Assembly (NCBI GenBank): GCA_963753085.1
Contig: CAVWBF010000022.1
Location: forward strand, 177,086-241,085
DNA length: 64,000 nucleotides
Origin: an uncultured Spirochaetota bacterium
GTDB lineage: Bacteria; Spirochaetota; Spirochaetia; SZUA-6; Fen-1364
Reading direction: 5' to 3'
Under the pieces are notes generated by a model that was given only the letters and a program-made list of their open reading frames with translations, ran no database searches and was not told the DNA's origin. The position numbers and the translations under genes are program-made. Positions 10,701-22,679 of this stretch are shown here, in pieces; the stretch's first letter is position 1, and every line of letters starts with the position of its first letter.

Positions 10701-10827
10701 CGGTCTCGGCCTGCTCCCATTGGAGTGTCTGTGCGTCAAGGGGCGCGGGCCGCGCCAGGCTTGCGCAGGCGGCAAGCGCGAGGATGAGGGTGAGAGCCGG
10801 CAGCATCGAAGGCCCGACGTTTTTCAT
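7798..10827 (-). CDS. Large secreted zinc metalloprotease (HEXXH) with TolB-like beta-propeller repeats and a C-terminal beta-rich domain
   Basis: The start is assigned to the internal Met (MKNVGPSMLPALTLILALAACASLA, signal peptide), whose ATG overlaps the folA stop as ATGA. It has a HELTHYVH zinc motif and repeats of the type PAFSPDGRRLAF, YVADYQG, LSLYRADL. The C-terminal ~450 aa are rich in G/S/T/Y, like beta-barrel or adhesin regions. Confidence 0.6.
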   Translation of the reverse strand: MKNVGPSMLPALTLILALAACASLARPAPLDAQTLQWEQAETEHFLFVFEPRDRHSVDELLTFCEPVYQRITGFFHSYPKKVRVVIRGRIDEANGFTTFLPPHIELYLTAPTDHFLGARTESWLKILLTHELTHYVHASMDRGFFYALSRVFGPDAAGAHFAFLPGWMIEGPSTNTETIFTAGGRGRNPLFEMYSKAPVEEGKLFSLEQAAYGSSFPPPGRIYVGGYILVDFLLSMYGRDAFQRIMDAYLRFPFFGPWSAISKVTGKSASEVFDSLKKHLEEKYRPDTGIPAGSLITPRKPGDWIHPQATARGLYVYHTSQDHFPAIVRYDPASGKEEILHAVIDDGLSFTATGDGKTLYFTSQAVTWIDPVDEQEISDLYRLDVDTGRLRQLTHGAHIWQPCVSQDGTALVAVQGSGPYSRIVSVDQETGSLRVLFSRSEANVYTPAFSPDGRRLAFTLNVRGFQDVYVADYQGLRQDGAALPDIRSRVTDVSQDAATPVLGPDPFGEYFPSFLDNDTLLFSSDRDGSLSLYRADLASKEVARVVDDPVAAISGIPNGDALLYSSYSSDGWCLKSVPLESLKAEPLAQDLLARQEYPAAYSWTGAASASRPYHDWPGPLLWLPYPSVTVTAPGGQGVELGLGAAAYGASLLGTTTWLADAGWFFASRQPFADLTVTSVVGPFLAGVQSQLVYQYSSNYSQTVTSNVSLTLPVINSTGFDVSRFFAVSLGLEHLAELDSSTPFTFADSTGLLSGGWQNGLFVTSGVSWQLEHVGGAIDFNSPFALSGQVQNATRLPVLSYPAPESDFLFQVGLNVPSVFPHQVIKLGVKATEVFGGPFTQYTDSFAVPRGFPGPSTRSVPGQAVASIDYAIPIALFDQPLAFSISSTGAGLALHVEGIGRWSAPFQDLSLDPSLYVGGDLAFQMVFNAIPFGALVGVAARINTSAPGTFQPDRDIGVYLSIGSQGIASGQSNAAGGQSNAGGPPVGSPGQQASSEVPSWLRGAHGKTGT

Positions 10828-11312
10828 GCATCGTTCCTCTCGTAATCCACGAACCGGTGTCCCGGGGTCCCCGGAGCACCGGCGCGGGCAGGCGTTTCCG
10901 CGACTATCCGCCATTGCTCCCACTGCACCTCGGGGAAGCACGCATCCCCGTCGTATGCGCCGTCCACGTGAGTGATATACATGCGCCGCGCAATCGGGAG
11001 AAACAACTCGTACACTGCCGCGCCGCCAATGACGAAAAGCTCATCTCCTGCAGCCATGGTCAGAGCCTCGTCGCGTGTGTGCGCAACCTCGCAGCCTGGA
11101 ACCTCGAGCCCCGGCCTGCGGGAAAGAACGATGTTGCGCCGCCCGGGCAGCGGCCTGCCCATGGACTGGAAGGTCTTTCTCCCCATGACCACGGCATGTC
11201 CCATCGTGAGGCGCTTGAACCGGGCAAGGTCGTCCGGCAGGCGCCACGGAAGCCTGCCCGCGTTCCCGATCACGAGATTGGAGGCAACCGCCGCGATCAG
11301 GGAAATGGGCAT
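10824..11312 (-). CDS. folA: Dihydrofolate reductase
   Basis: 162 aa. MPISLIAAVASNLVIGNAGRLPWRLPDDLARFKRLTMGHAVVMGRKTFQSMGRPLPGRRNIVLSR is a canonical DHFR N-terminus. The 425-aa ORF listed at this locus is an upstream alternate-start extension of folA that overlaps thyA in another frame, so folA is trimmed to the internal Met. Confidence 0.9.
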   Translation of the reverse strand: MPISLIAAVASNLVIGNAGRLPWRLPDDLARFKRLTMGHAVVMGRKTFQSMGRPLPGRRNIVLSRRPGLEVPGCEVAHTRDEALTMAAGDELFVIGGAAVYELFLPIARRMYITHVDGAYDGDACFPEVQWEQWRIVAETPARAGAPGTPGHRFVDYERNDA

Positions 11313-11326
11313 GGCGCGTCCGGGCT

Positions 11327-12121
11327 CTAGACCGCGATGGCTCCGCGCAGGGGCGGATGCGGCTGGTAACCTTCTATTGAAATATCCTCGAAACGGAAGT
11401 CGAAGATGCCCTTCACTGCCTGGTTGAGCAAGAGGCGGGGAAGGGGGCGCGGCTCGCGGGTGAGCTGCGTCTCCACCTGGGAGATGTGGTTCCTGTAGAC
11501 GTGGGCGTCCCCGAGGACGTGGATGAACTCGTGGGCAACCAGGCCGCAGGCCTGCGCCATCATGAGGGTGAGCAGGCTGTAGGAGGCGATATTGAACGGT
11601 ACGCCCAGGAACACGTCCGCGCTGCGCTGGTACAGGAGACAGGAGAGGCGGTTGTCCGCGGCGTAGAACTGGAAGAGGCAGTGGCAGGGTGCCAGGGCCA
11701 TCCTGTCGATCTCCGCCACGTTCCACGCGGAGACGATGTGGCGGCGCGACCACGGCTCCTTGCGCAGCCCCTCCACGACCGCGGAGATCTGGTCGATGGC
11801 GCGGCCGTCGGGGGCCGGCCAGGATCTCCACTGCCGGCCGTAGACCGGGCCCAGGTCTCCGTCGGGGCCGGCCCACTGGTCCCAGATGTGCACGCCCACG
11901 TCGTTCAGGGGCTTCACGTTGGTCTCTCCGCGCAGGAACCAGAGCAGCTCGTGGATGATGGCTTTCGTGTTCAGCTTCTTCGTGGTGAGAAGCGGGAAGC
12001 CTTCCCCGAGGTCGAAGCGCATCTGCCAGCCGAAGATGCTCCGGGTGCCGACCCCCGTCCTGTCGGGCCTGTCCACGCCATGGTCCAGGATGTGCCTGCA
12101 CAGCTCGAGGTACTGCTTCAT
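11327..12121 (-). CDS. thyA: Thymidylate synthase
   Basis: 264 aa beginning [38 protein letters not shown], a ThyA signature. It sits 14 nt upstream of folA. Confidence 0.92.
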   Translation of the reverse strand: MKQYLELCRHILDHGVDRPDRTGVGTRSIFGWQMRFDLGEGFPLLTTKKLNTKAIIHELLWFLRGETNVKPLNDVGVHIWDQWAGPDGDLGPVYGRQWRSWPAPDGRAIDQISAVVEGLRKEPWSRRHIVSAWNVAEIDRMALAPCHCLFQFYAADNRLSCLLYQRSADVFLGVPFNIASYSLLTLMMAQACGLVAHEFIHVLGDAHVYRNHISQVETQLTREPRPLPRLLLNQAVKGIFDFRFEDISIEGYQPHPPLRGAIAV

Positions 12122-12130
12122 TCCCTCACC

Positions 12131-13027
12131 TCACAGCGAGTCTTCGCGGTTGACCACCTTGTTGAGCGGGTACTCGATGATCCCCGTGGCGCCTTTTTCT
12201 ATCAGCCGCGGCACGAGCTCCCGCACCACCGATTCCCGGATCACGATCTCCACGGAGAACCAGGCGGAGTCATGGAGCTTGGCAACGGTGGGCGAGGTGA
12301 GGCTGGGAAGAAGCCCGACCACCTCCTCGAAGCTCGCCTCGGGAACGTTCATCTTGATGCCCACGAGGTTCTCGGCGGCCAGGGCGCCCCGGAGGAGAAG
12401 GGCGATGGACTGGATCTTGCGCTTCTTTGCCGGGTCCTTCATGGCCGCCTTGTTGGCGATGAGCTTCGTGTTGGTTTCCAGGAGCGTGTGGACGATCTTC
12501 AGGCCGTTCGCCCTGAGGGTGGTCCCGGTCTCCGTCACCTCGACAATCGCGTCCACGAGGCCGTCAACGGCCTTTGCCTCCGTGGCTCCCCAGGAGAACT
12601 CCACCTTCACCTTGATCCCGCGCTCCTCGAAGTACCGCTTCGTGAACCTGACCAGCTCCGTGGATATGGTCTTCCCCGCGCAGTCCTCCAGTCGCGTGAT
12701 GCTGGATGCCACGGGGCACGCGAGCACCCACTTCGCCTTGCTCGTGCTGGCCTTGGAGTAGATGAGGTCCGTGACGATCTCCACGTCCGCCTCGTTCTCC
12801 AGTATCCAGTCCAGCCCGGTGAGCCCCGCATCGAGGACCCCGTTCTCCACGTAGCGCGCCATCTCCTGCGCGCGCACGAGGTTGCAGGTGATCTCCGGGT
12901 CGTCGATGGAAGGGAAATAGGATCGTTCCGAGGTGGAGATCTTCCATCCGGCCTTCTGGAAAAGCTCGATGGTGGCCCGCTCCAGGCTGCCCTTGGGAAC
13001 GCCGAGCTTGATGATGTGGTCCTTCAT
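12131..13027 (-). CDS. hisG: ATP phosphoribosyltransferase, long form
   Basis: Starts at the internal Met ([15 protein letters not shown]) and is about 298 aa, including the C-terminal regulatory domain. Its ATG overlaps the hisI stop as ATGA. Confidence 0.88.
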   Translation of the reverse strand: MKDHIIKLGVPKGSLERATIELFQKAGWKISTSERSYFPSIDDPEITCNLVRAQEMARYVENGVLDAGLTGLDWILENEADVEIVTDLIYSKASTSKAKWVLACPVASSITRLEDCAGKTISTELVRFTKRYFEERGIKVKVEFSWGATEAKAVDGLVDAIVEVTETGTTLRANGLKIVHTLLETNTKLIANKAAMKDPAKKRKIQSIALLLRGALAAENLVGIKMNVPEASFEEVVGLLPSLTSPTVAKLHDSAWFSVEIVIRESVVRELVPRLIEKGATGIIEYPLNKVVNREDSL

Positions 13028-13407
13028 TTCTTCTCTCCGTAGACGTCGGCGGGGTCGAAGACTTTCACGCCGTCCACCCGTTCCACGCCGTTTTCCACGA
13101 CGCGGAAGAAGCAGCTCCTGTAGCCGGTGTGGCAGGCCGCGTCCCCGATCTGGCGGACCCGGGCCAGCACGCAGTCCGCGTCGCAATCGATGCGGAGCTC
13201 CCTGACCTCCTGGACGTTCCCCGAGCTCTCACCCTTCTTCCAGAGCTTGTTCCGCGACCTGCTCCAGTAATGCATGATCCCCGTGGACTGCGTCAATTCC
13301 CAGGCCTCGCTGTTCATGAAGGCCACCATGAGGACCTCTCCGGTCTTCCAGTCCTGGGCGATGGCAGGAACGAGGCCGTCGAGCTTGGTAAAATCCAGCT
13401 TCACCAT
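13024..13407 (-). CDS. hisI: Phosphoribosyl-AMP cyclohydrolase (monofunctional)
   Basis: Starts at the internal Met ([20 protein letters not shown]). 127 aa with [10 protein letters not shown]...CHTGYRSCF zinc-site residues. Trimmed from a longer ORF. Confidence 0.85.
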   Translation of the reverse strand: MVKLDFTKLDGLVPAIAQDWKTGEVLMVAFMNSEAWELTQSTGIMHYWSRSRNKLWKKGESSGNVQEVRELRIDCDADCVLARVRQIGDAACHTGYRSCFFRVVENGVERVDGVKVFDPADVYGEKK

Positions 13408-13421
13408 GGAAGAAACCCCTT

Positions 13422-14675
13422 TCACACAGAAACGTCCGAGCGCCGGCGCCTGAATCCCACCTCGCGGCCGAAGATGAGGCCGTAGGTGTCGATGGCGATC
13501 TGCAGCTCCTCGTTCGTGGGCACGACGAGAATGGCGATGGGCGAATAGGGCGCGGAGACGATCCCCTCCCCGGCGCCCAGCGACACGTTCTCCGCGTAGT
13601 CCATGAATATACCGAGGTTTTCCAGGCGGTGGCAAATCCTTTCCCGCATCCTGACCCCGTTCTGGCCGATGCCGCCGGTGAACACGAGGGCGTCCACCTT
13701 GACGAGGTTCGCCACGTACGCCCCGATGTACTTGCGCACCCTGTACGCGTAGACCTCCAGTGCCTGGGTTGCCCTCTGGTTGCCCTTTGCCGTCTCCGAC
13801 TCCAGGTCGCGGAGGTCGTTGGAGATCCCTGACAGCCCGAGAAGACCGCTTTTCCTGTTGAGGAGCGACGTCACCTCGGCTGAACTGTAGCCCCGGCGCT
13901 CCAGGAACTCGATGATCGCCGGGTCGATATCTCCGCTCCTGGTTCCCATCACGAGGCCTTCCAGGGGGGTGAAGCCCATGGAGGTGTCCACGGACTTCCC
14001 GTGCTCGATGGCTGTGACCGAAGCGCCGTTGCCGAGGTGGCAGGTGATGATGTTCGTGTTCTCGGGGAACCGCTTCAGGAGCTCCAGGGCGCGCGAAGCG
14101 ACGTACCGGTGGCTCGTGCCGTGAAACCCGTACCGGCGGATCTTGTACTTCTCGTACAGCTCGTAGGGAAGCCCGTAGAGGTACGCGGCGGGCGGCAATG
14201 TCTGGTGGAACGCGGTGTCGAAGACTGCCACGTGCTGCACGCCGGGCAGGATCCCCTGCGCCTCGCGGATGCCAATGAGGTTGGGCGGATTGTGCAGCGG
14301 CGCAAGCTCGACGTTCTTCTCTACCGCGGCAACCACCGCCTCGTCGATGACGACCGAGCTCGCGTACTGCTCTCCCCCGTGCACCACCCTGTGGCCGACG
14401 CCGGTGATGTCCTCTATGCGGGCAAGGACTCCCTGCTCCGGGTCCGTGAGAGCATCCCGCACCAGCTCCATGGCCGCCTTGTGATGTGGCACCTGCACCT
14501 CGCGACGGTATTCGCCCTTCGGAGTCTTCTGGGATATCCTCCCCTTCAGCTCGCCGATCCTTTCCACGATGCCTCGCCCCATGCTGACGCGCTGGGGCAT
14601 CTGGTAGACTTCATACTTCAGCGACGAGCTTCCGCAGTTGATGACCAGTATTTTTGCGTCCGATCCTGCCTGCAT
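13422..14675 (-). CDS. ackA: Acetate kinase
   Basis: Starts at the internal Met ([23 protein letters not shown]). About 417 aa, with AckA motifs and the ASKHA fold. The ORF track extends 22 codons further upstream. Confidence 0.9.
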   Translation of the reverse strand: MQAGSDAKILVINCGSSSLKYEVYQMPQRVSMGRGIVERIGELKGRISQKTPKGEYRREVQVPHHKAAMELVRDALTDPEQGVLARIEDITGVGHRVVHGGEQYASSVVIDEAVVAAVEKNVELAPLHNPPNLIGIREAQGILPGVQHVAVFDTAFHQTLPPAAYLYGLPYELYEKYKIRRYGFHGTSHRYVASRALELLKRFPENTNIITCHLGNGASVTAIEHGKSVDTSMGFTPLEGLVMGTRSGDIDPAIIEFLERRGYSSAEVTSLLNRKSGLLGLSGISNDLRDLESETAKGNQRATQALEVYAYRVRKYIGAYVANLVKVDALVFTGGIGQNGVRMRERICHRLENLGIFMDYAENVSLGAGEGIVSAPYSPIAILVVPTNEELQIAIDTYGLIFGREVGFRRRRSDVSV

Positions 14676-14751
14676 AGAGAGCCTCCGAGCTGTTTGAGAA
14701 CACCTCCATTGGTACCAGAAACGGGGCTTCTGTGCTACCATTTTTACCCCG

Positions 14752-15648
14752 ATGCCGCTTTCCCTGGTCTACCATGCCGGCGCCCTCGGCGACTTCATCA
14801 CCACCCTTCCGGCCATGGAAGGGTGGCGGCGTCTTCACCCAAAGGACAGGATCGTTCTCCTCGGCAGGCCTGAGCTTGCGGGTCTGGCCCGTGAAGGGCT
14901 TTTCAATGAGGCGTGGGACGCCCGGTCTTCCCTGTTCGCCCCGCTTTTCGGCGCCGGTCCGGATCCAGAGTCCCAGGTCAGGAGCCGGTTCTCCGGTTTC
15001 GTTTCAGCGCTTCTGTTCTGTGTCGATTCCTCTCTGTTGCCGCTGAATCTGTCGCGCCTGGGAGTCAGGGAGATTGTTCGACAGGATCCTTTTCCTTCGC
15101 GGAAGGCCCCCATCGTGGATTATCACCTTTCCCTCTTTCCCGGCCTTTTCTTCTCCGAGGAGGATCGCCGTCCCGGGATCTCGCGGGGGACGAGCGGCCT
15201 GACCGTGCCGCCTCACGCCGTTCTGCTGCACCCCGGCAGCGGCGATCCCCGGAAGAACTGGCCGCTCTCGAGGTTCCTGGGCCTCGCGGAGTTGCTGCAG
15301 AGCTCAGGCCTCAGGGTGCAGTGGGTGGCCGGGCCCGCGGAAGAAGACGTGGTAATGCCCGTCGGAGCCCGCGTGTGGCGGAGCGCTCCCCTGGAGGATC
15401 TGGCCGCGGCTTTCAGGCGATGTCTGCTGTATGTGGGAAACGATTCAGGGGTCGCGCACCTTGCCGCATCTGCCGGTTGCCCCACCGTTGCCCTGTTCGG
15501 CGCGAGTGACCCCGAGGTGTGGGCGCCGCGGGGAAAGAGCGTGCAGGTTGTTGCAGCGCCGAACGGGATGATCGAGTCTCTTTCAGTGGAGACGGTTTTT
15601 TCAGCGTGTCAGGGATTGCTGCGGAAATTGACTTTCAGGAGCCGCTGA
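14752..15648 (+). CDS. Glycosyltransferase family 9 (ADP-heptose:LPS heptosyltransferase-like)
   Basis: C-terminal GT9 signature LLYVGNDSGVAHLAASAGCPTVALFGASDP. Divergent from ackA. Confidence 0.75.
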   Translation: MPLSLVYHAGALGDFITTLPAMEGWRRLHPKDRIVLLGRPELAGLAREGLFNEAWDARSSLFAPLFGAGPDPESQVRSRFSGFVSALLFCVDSSLLPLNLSRLGVREIVRQDPFPSRKAPIVDYHLSLFPGLFFSEEDRRPGISRGTSGLTVPPHAVLLHPGSGDPRKNWPLSRFLGLAELLQSSGLRVQWVAGPAEEDVVMPVGARVWRSAPLEDLAAAFRRCLLYVGNDSGVAHLAASAGCPTVALFGASDPEVWAPRGKSVQVVAAPNGMIESLSVETVFSACQGLLRKLTFRSR

Positions 15649-15773
15649 CGTTTTTCTTCTCTGCAGTCTGCGTCCGCACAACTGCGCGCAGCGTCGGAGG
15701 TTGTGTTCGGCGGTGAAGAGGCCCGCGCGAGAGAGAAGCGTGGGCTCCACTCTCTCCCGCGCGGAGGAGATCC

Positions 15774-15878
15774 TTACCTCTTCCGAGCGGTCTTCTTGGC
15801 CTTCTTGGCCGACTTCTTGGCCGTCTTCTTGGCAGCCTTCTTCGCGCTCTTCTTCTTCGCCGTCTTCTTTACAGGCAT
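15774..15878 (-). CDS. Small lysine/alanine-rich basic protein, histone H1-like (34 aa: MPVKKTAKKKSAKKAAKKTAKKSAKKAKKTARKR)
   Basis: ATG preceded by an AAAGGGG ribosome-binding site. The repetitive AKK codons are read directly from the minus strand, and the stop is TAA. A GC-rich hairpin lies downstream. Not in the ORF track because it is under 60 aa. Confidence 0.45.
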   Translation of the reverse strand: MPVKKTAKKKSAKKAAKKTAKKSAKKAKKTARKR

Positions 15879-16039
15879 GTTCGCCCCTTTCATCCCATGA
15901 ACTTGTCATCAAGCATAGTGCATGATGCCAGACTTGTCAAGGATTTCTCACGAGGGAAAGGGACGGACAGCGGGCCGGCCCGGCCTCCCGGGAAGGAGTC
16001 CGGACAGCCGCTTAGCGATACAAACACGTGTTCGACGAC

Positions 16040-18671
<2,632 letters not shown>

Positions 18672-18675
18672 GTCT

Positions 18676-20175
18676 TCAGAACGTCTTCTTGAACGCGGTC
18701 ACGGCCGCGTTCAGCACCTCGGGCTCGGAAAGCGTGCCGAGGTTCCTGATGCCGGCCAGGATCTCGGGCTCACGGTTCCTCAGCCAGGAAAGGAACTTCT
18801 GCTCGAACTCGCGAACCCGGCCCACGGGCACATCATCCAGGAAGCCCCGGGTTGCCGCGTACAGCACCATGACCTGCTCTTCCACCGGCATGGGGGAGTA
18901 CTGCTGCTGCTTGAGTGCCTCCACGAGGCGGGCGCCTCGCGCCAGCTGCGCCTGGGTTGCCTTGTCCAGCTCCGTTCCCATCTGCGCGAACGCTTCCAGC
19001 TCCCGATAGGCCGCAAGGTCGATGCGCAGCGAGCCGGCCACCTGCTTCATTGCCTTGATCTGGGCATTGCCTCCCACGCGGGAAACCGACAGCCCGACGT
19101 CGATGGCGGGCCTGATCCCCGCATTGTACAGGTCGGTGCGCAGGTAGATCTGGCCGTCGGTGATGGAGATGACGTTTGTCGGGATGTAAGCGGACACCTC
19201 GCCTTCCTGCGTTTCGATGAGCGGGATGGCAGTCAGGGAGCCGCCCCCGAGGTCGTCTGAGATCCGCGCGGCGCGTTCCAGGAGACGGGAGTGCAGGTAG
19301 AAGACATCGCCGGGATACGCCTCCCGCCCGGGCGGACGGCGCAGGAGAAGGGAAAGCTGACGGTATGCGTTTGCCTGCCGGGAAAGGTCGTCGTACACGA
19401 CCAGGGTGTCCTTGTGCTCCTCGTACATGAAGTACTCTGCCATGGCGCACCCGGCATAGGGGGCGATGTACTGCAGCGCCGCCGGCTCCGCCGCGGTTGC
19501 CGCCACCACGATCGTGTGGTCGAGAGCGCCGCGCGCCCGCAGGGCATCGACGATGCCCGCCACCATGGATGCCTTCTGGCCGATGGCCACGTACACGCAG
19601 ATCACGTCCCTGCCTTTCTGGTTCATGATCGCGTCGATGGCGATTGCCTCCTTGCCCGCCCCGCGGTCACCGATGAGAAGCTCCCGCTGTCCCTTGCCGA
19701 TGGGGACCATGGCGTCGATGGCCTTGACGCCGGTCTGCAGCGGCTCCTTGACGGACTGGCGGTCGCGAATGCCCGGCGCCTTGAACTCCACCGGTCTCCT
19801 TCGCGCGCTGGCGATTTCTCCCTTGTCGTCAATGGGCACGCCGAGCGGGTTGACCACCCTGCCGATCAGCTCGTGCCCTACGGGCACCTCGAGGACGCGG
19901 CCTGTTCTCTTCACCTTGCCGCCTTCGTGCAGGTCCAGGTAGTCCCCGAGGATGACCGCTCCGACGGAGTCCTCCTCCAGGTTCAGCGCAAGCCCGAAGA
20001 CACCGGTCTCGAACTCCAGCATCTCCATGGCCATGGCCCCGCGCATGCCGTAGATCCGGGCAATGCCGTCGCCGAGCTCAACGACCGTGCCGACTTCGTC
20101 AACGGCGAGGTTTCGCGAGTAGCTGCGGATCTCTTCCCGGATCCGCGTGGATATCTCTTCAAGGTTGATCCGCAT
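18676..20175 (-). CDS. atpA: F1 ATP synthase alpha subunit
   Basis: 499 aa with P-loop [13 protein letters not shown] and conserved alpha-subunit blocks. Confidence 0.95.
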   Translation of the reverse strand: MRINLEEISTRIREEIRSYSRNLAVDEVGTVVELGDGIARIYGMRGAMAMEMLEFETGVFGLALNLEEDSVGAVILGDYLDLHEGGKVKRTGRVLEVPVGHELIGRVVNPLGVPIDDKGEIASARRRPVEFKAPGIRDRQSVKEPLQTGVKAIDAMVPIGKGQRELLIGDRGAGKEAIAIDAIMNQKGRDVICVYVAIGQKASMVAGIVDALRARGALDHTIVVAATAAEPAALQYIAPYAGCAMAEYFMYEEHKDTLVVYDDLSRQANAYRQLSLLLRRPPGREAYPGDVFYLHSRLLERAARISDDLGGGSLTAIPLIETQEGEVSAYIPTNVISITDGQIYLRTDLYNAGIRPAIDVGLSVSRVGGNAQIKAMKQVAGSLRIDLAAYRELEAFAQMGTELDKATQAQLARGARLVEALKQQQYSPMPVEEQVMVLYAATRGFLDDVPVGRVREFEQKFLSWLRNREPEILAGIRNLGTLSEPEVLNAAVTAFKKTF

Positions 20176-20196
20176 GGCTTTTCCTGTGCCTTCCCT

Positions 20197-20730
20197 TCAT
20201 TTCATGAGCCTGTTCTGCATGTCCTTGAGCTGCCCGCCGGCGGTGAACTCGATCTCCTGGCCCTCACTGAGCGCGAGGACTCCGCCGATGAGCGACGGTC
20301 GAAGCTCGGTCTTCAATTCCACCGTCCCCCCGTATCTCCCCTCCAGCGCGGACCTGATGCGTCCCTTCTCCTCGTCTCCCAGCGGGAAGGCGGAGAGGAT
20401 GGTGGCCCGGCGCACGCCGCGCGCGATGCGCGAGAGGCGCTCGTACTCGTCGTCGATCTCGCCAAGGAGGCGCGCCCGCCCGCGCTCCGCCACAAGGAGG
20501 AGCATCGTCAGCACCCGGGGATCCACTTTCCCCTCGAAGGCGGAGATCACGAGCCGGCGCTTCGTGGATCGGCCCACCACGCGGGAGGCCAGGAAGTCGC
20601 GCGCCTCCCTGTCCTCGTACAGCGCATCGCGCGCGGCGCGCAGGTCCGCTTCCACCTCCCGGATGGAGGACGTCTCGGCGGCAAGCTCGAACAGGGCGCG
20701 CGCGTAGTTGCGGGACAGGCCGCTTGTCAT
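20197..20730 (-). CDS. atpH: F1 ATP synthase delta (OSCP) subunit
   Basis: 177 aa beginning YARALFELA, with a C-terminal GGVLALSEGQEIEF pattern. Confidence 0.85.
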   Translation of the reverse strand: MTSGLSRNYARALFELAAETSSIREVEADLRAARDALYEDREARDFLASRVVGRSTKRRLVISAFEGKVDPRVLTMLLLVAERGRARLLGEIDDEYERLSRIARGVRRATILSAFPLGDEEKGRIRSALEGRYGGTVELKTELRPSLIGGVLALSEGQEIEFTAGGQLKDMQNRLMK

Positions 20731-20735
20731 CTCAT

Positions 20736-21233
20736 TCAGTTCCGGGAGCCGATCAGCCGGTCCGCGAACTCCTCCACGAAGGCCCGGTTGTCAGTGGTCC
20801 CGGTTTCCCGCTTCAGGATTGCCTCCGCGATGGCAAAGGACATGTCGACGATCTGCCCGCGGATCCCCAGCTCGGCCGTCTCACGGGCCTTCTCGATTTC
20901 CTGGGTAGCCCGCGCTTTCACCTCGCGTACCTCGGCCCAGGACTTCTCCAGCATCTCCTCGCGAAGCCGGGCCGCCTCGGTGCGCGCTTCTTCAATGATG
21001 TTCGCGGCCTCGAGTTTTCCCTGTCGGAGGGTGGCGTCGTACTCGGCCACCACGGCCTTTGCCTTCTCCCCGGCCAGGCGCGCGGACTCGATGTCCGAGG
21101 CGATCTTCTGCGACCTCCTGTCCAAAGCGCCGGTGATCCTGTCCCACGCGGTGAAGCGCAGGATGAGGAGGATGATGCCGAACGTGATCCACAGCCAGAT
21201 GACCAGACCGGGATCGACTCGCAAGAGTGCCAC
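20736..21233 (-). CDS. atpF: Fo ATP synthase subunit b
   Basis: 165 aa with a single N-terminal TM helix followed by a long charged coiled coil (EARTEAARLREEMLEK...). Confidence 0.85.
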   Translation of the reverse strand: MALLRVDPGLVIWLWITFGIILLILRFTAWDRITGALDRRSQKIASDIESARLAGEKAKAVVAEYDATLRQGKLEAANIIEEARTEAARLREEMLEKSWAEVREVKARATQEIEKARETAELGIRGQIVDMSFAIAEAILKRETGTTDNRAFVEEFADRLIGSRN

Positions 21234-21245
21234 GACGGACCCCCG

Positions 21246-21497
21246 TTACATGACGATGGCGAGGATGCAGATGACCAGGGCGATGATGCCGACTCCCTCC
21301 ACGAGGACGGCGGCCAGCAGCATGTTGGTCTGGATCTTTCCCGAGGCCTCCGGCTGGCGCGAGATGCCTTCCGCCGCGGCGGCGCCGATGCGGCCCAGGC
21401 CGAGCCCGACGCCAAGGACCGCCAGCCCGGCGCCGATGGTCGCGCCGATGAAAGCGCCGAACTTCATGATGGCAGGTGCGAGGGTTCCGATGTCCAT
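21246..21497 (-). CDS. atpE: Fo ATP synthase subunit c
   Basis: 83 aa. Two TM helices with a GxGxGxG N-helix and the conserved carboxylate in LVEGVGIIA. Trimmed from a longer ORF. Confidence 0.9.
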   Translation of the reverse strand: MDIGTLAPAIMKFGAFIGATIGAGLAVLGVGLGLGRIGAAAAEGISRQPEASGKIQTNMLLAAVLVEGVGIIALVICILAIVM

Positions 21498-21529
21498 GTC
21501 CGATCTCCTTTCGGGAAAACCCGAGCGAG

Positions 21530-22519
21530 CTAGTGTTTGCGCTGCGCAATCCCGATGAACAGCGCCGAGAGGAACGAGAAAATGTAGGCCTGGAGCACGG
21601 CCACGAAGAGCTCCAGCGCCATGATGGCAAGGTCCACCACCACCGCAATGGGACCGATGGCAACGGACTGGAACTTCACGATGAGAAGGAGGATGAGAAG
21701 CATCGCGACGTGCCCCCCGATCATGTTGGCGAAGAGCCTCATGATGAGCGCCAGGGTCTTGGAAAGGATGCCCACGAACTCCAGGAGAAGCGTGAAGGGG
21801 AGCATCCATCCGGGGGTCCCCTCGGGGGCAAGCTTCCTCCAGTACCCGAAGGCTCCCTTTGCCCGCATGCCTGACGCGTTGAAGACGACGAAGGTGATGA
21901 GCCCGAGGGCCAGGGTGGTCGCGAGGTTTCCCGTCACGGCGCCCCCCAGCCACACCGCCTCATTCTCCCCCGGGGGCCTGATGGGCGCGAAGGGCGGAAT
22001 CATCCCGAGCAGGTTCCCGTAGAGGATGAACAGGAAGAGGGTGAAACACAGGAGATGGAACCGCCTGCCCTCGGGTCCGAGCACCGGCTCGTAGACCTGC
22101 TCCCGCATGTACTGGAGCAGGCTCTCGAAGAGGCTCTGCATGCGCGTGGGAGTTCGGAAGGGATCCTTCAATTTGTGCGCCAGGTAGAACATGGAGGCCA
22201 GCACGAGGAGGCCGACCGCGGTCATGAGGATGAAATGCTTCGTGATGGAGAGCGCGATGACCGTGCGGCCGATCGAGAACAGGGGAACCTTCGCGAAGGG
22301 ATGGTCGATGCTGTCGGTGATCTCCGCAAACAGGGCTGTTGAGAGACTGAACTCGCGAGGCGGACCTGCCTCGGCGACCACGGGCGCGGAGGGGAGCAGA
22401 GAGAATGCAAGGCATGCAAGGGCCGCGCGCAGCGCGACGCCTCTCCAGACGCGCCGGATGGTTTCCTCCTTGACCCGCAGACGAGCCGGTTTCTCAGGCG
22501 ACGTCCCGCTCGCAGACAT
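21530..22519 (-). CDS. atpB: Fo ATP synthase subunit a, with an N-terminal extension
   Basis: C-terminal conserved Arg region (LALIMRLFANMIGGH) and a multi-TM profile. It has an ~80-aa N-terminal extension with a signal-like segment. Confidence 0.88.
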   Translation of the reverse strand: MSASGTSPEKPARLRVKEETIRRVWRGVALRAALACLAFSLLPSAPVVAEAGPPREFSLSTALFAEITDSIDHPFAKVPLFSIGRTVIALSITKHFILMTAVGLLVLASMFYLAHKLKDPFRTPTRMQSLFESLLQYMREQVYEPVLGPEGRRFHLLCFTLFLFILYGNLLGMIPPFAPIRPPGENEAVWLGGAVTGNLATTLALGLITFVVFNASGMRAKGAFGYWRKLAPEGTPGWMLPFTLLLEFVGILSKTLALIMRLFANMIGGHVAMLLILLLIVKFQSVAIGPIAVVVDLAIMALELFVAVLQAYIFSFLSALFIGIAQRKH

Positions 22520-22679
22520 CCGTTGCGTCGCTGAAAAAAGGGCTTCTCAATTCATGAATCGGGATTTTCCGGGCCGCAGAGTAGCACAATCTGTCCTGAG
22601 CGTCTACCGGCGTGGCTGACTCGTCTTTCCCCATTCATCCGGAAATTCAGTACCTTATCAACCGTAGAGGAGAAGCGCG

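Noticed and set aside
11486-13042. 518-aa plus-strand ORF and other long alternative-frame ORFs across thyA/hisG/folA (such as 10824..12101 -, 11886..12761 +)
   Set aside because: They overlap high-confidence thyA, hisG and folA genes. The 425-aa minus-strand ORF is just an upstream alternate-start extension of folA, which was trimmed to the internal Met.
15601-15912. 103-aa Glu/Gly-rich ORF (…EDGEEEEREEGCQEDGQEVGQEGQ…) and 65-aa Phe/Leu-rich plus-strand ORF at 15703..15900
   Set aside because: They are alternative frames of the AAG/GCC codon repeat. The Lys/Ala frame is preferred because it has an ATG preceded by a ribosome-binding site and a clean stop, and yields a biologically sensible basic protein.
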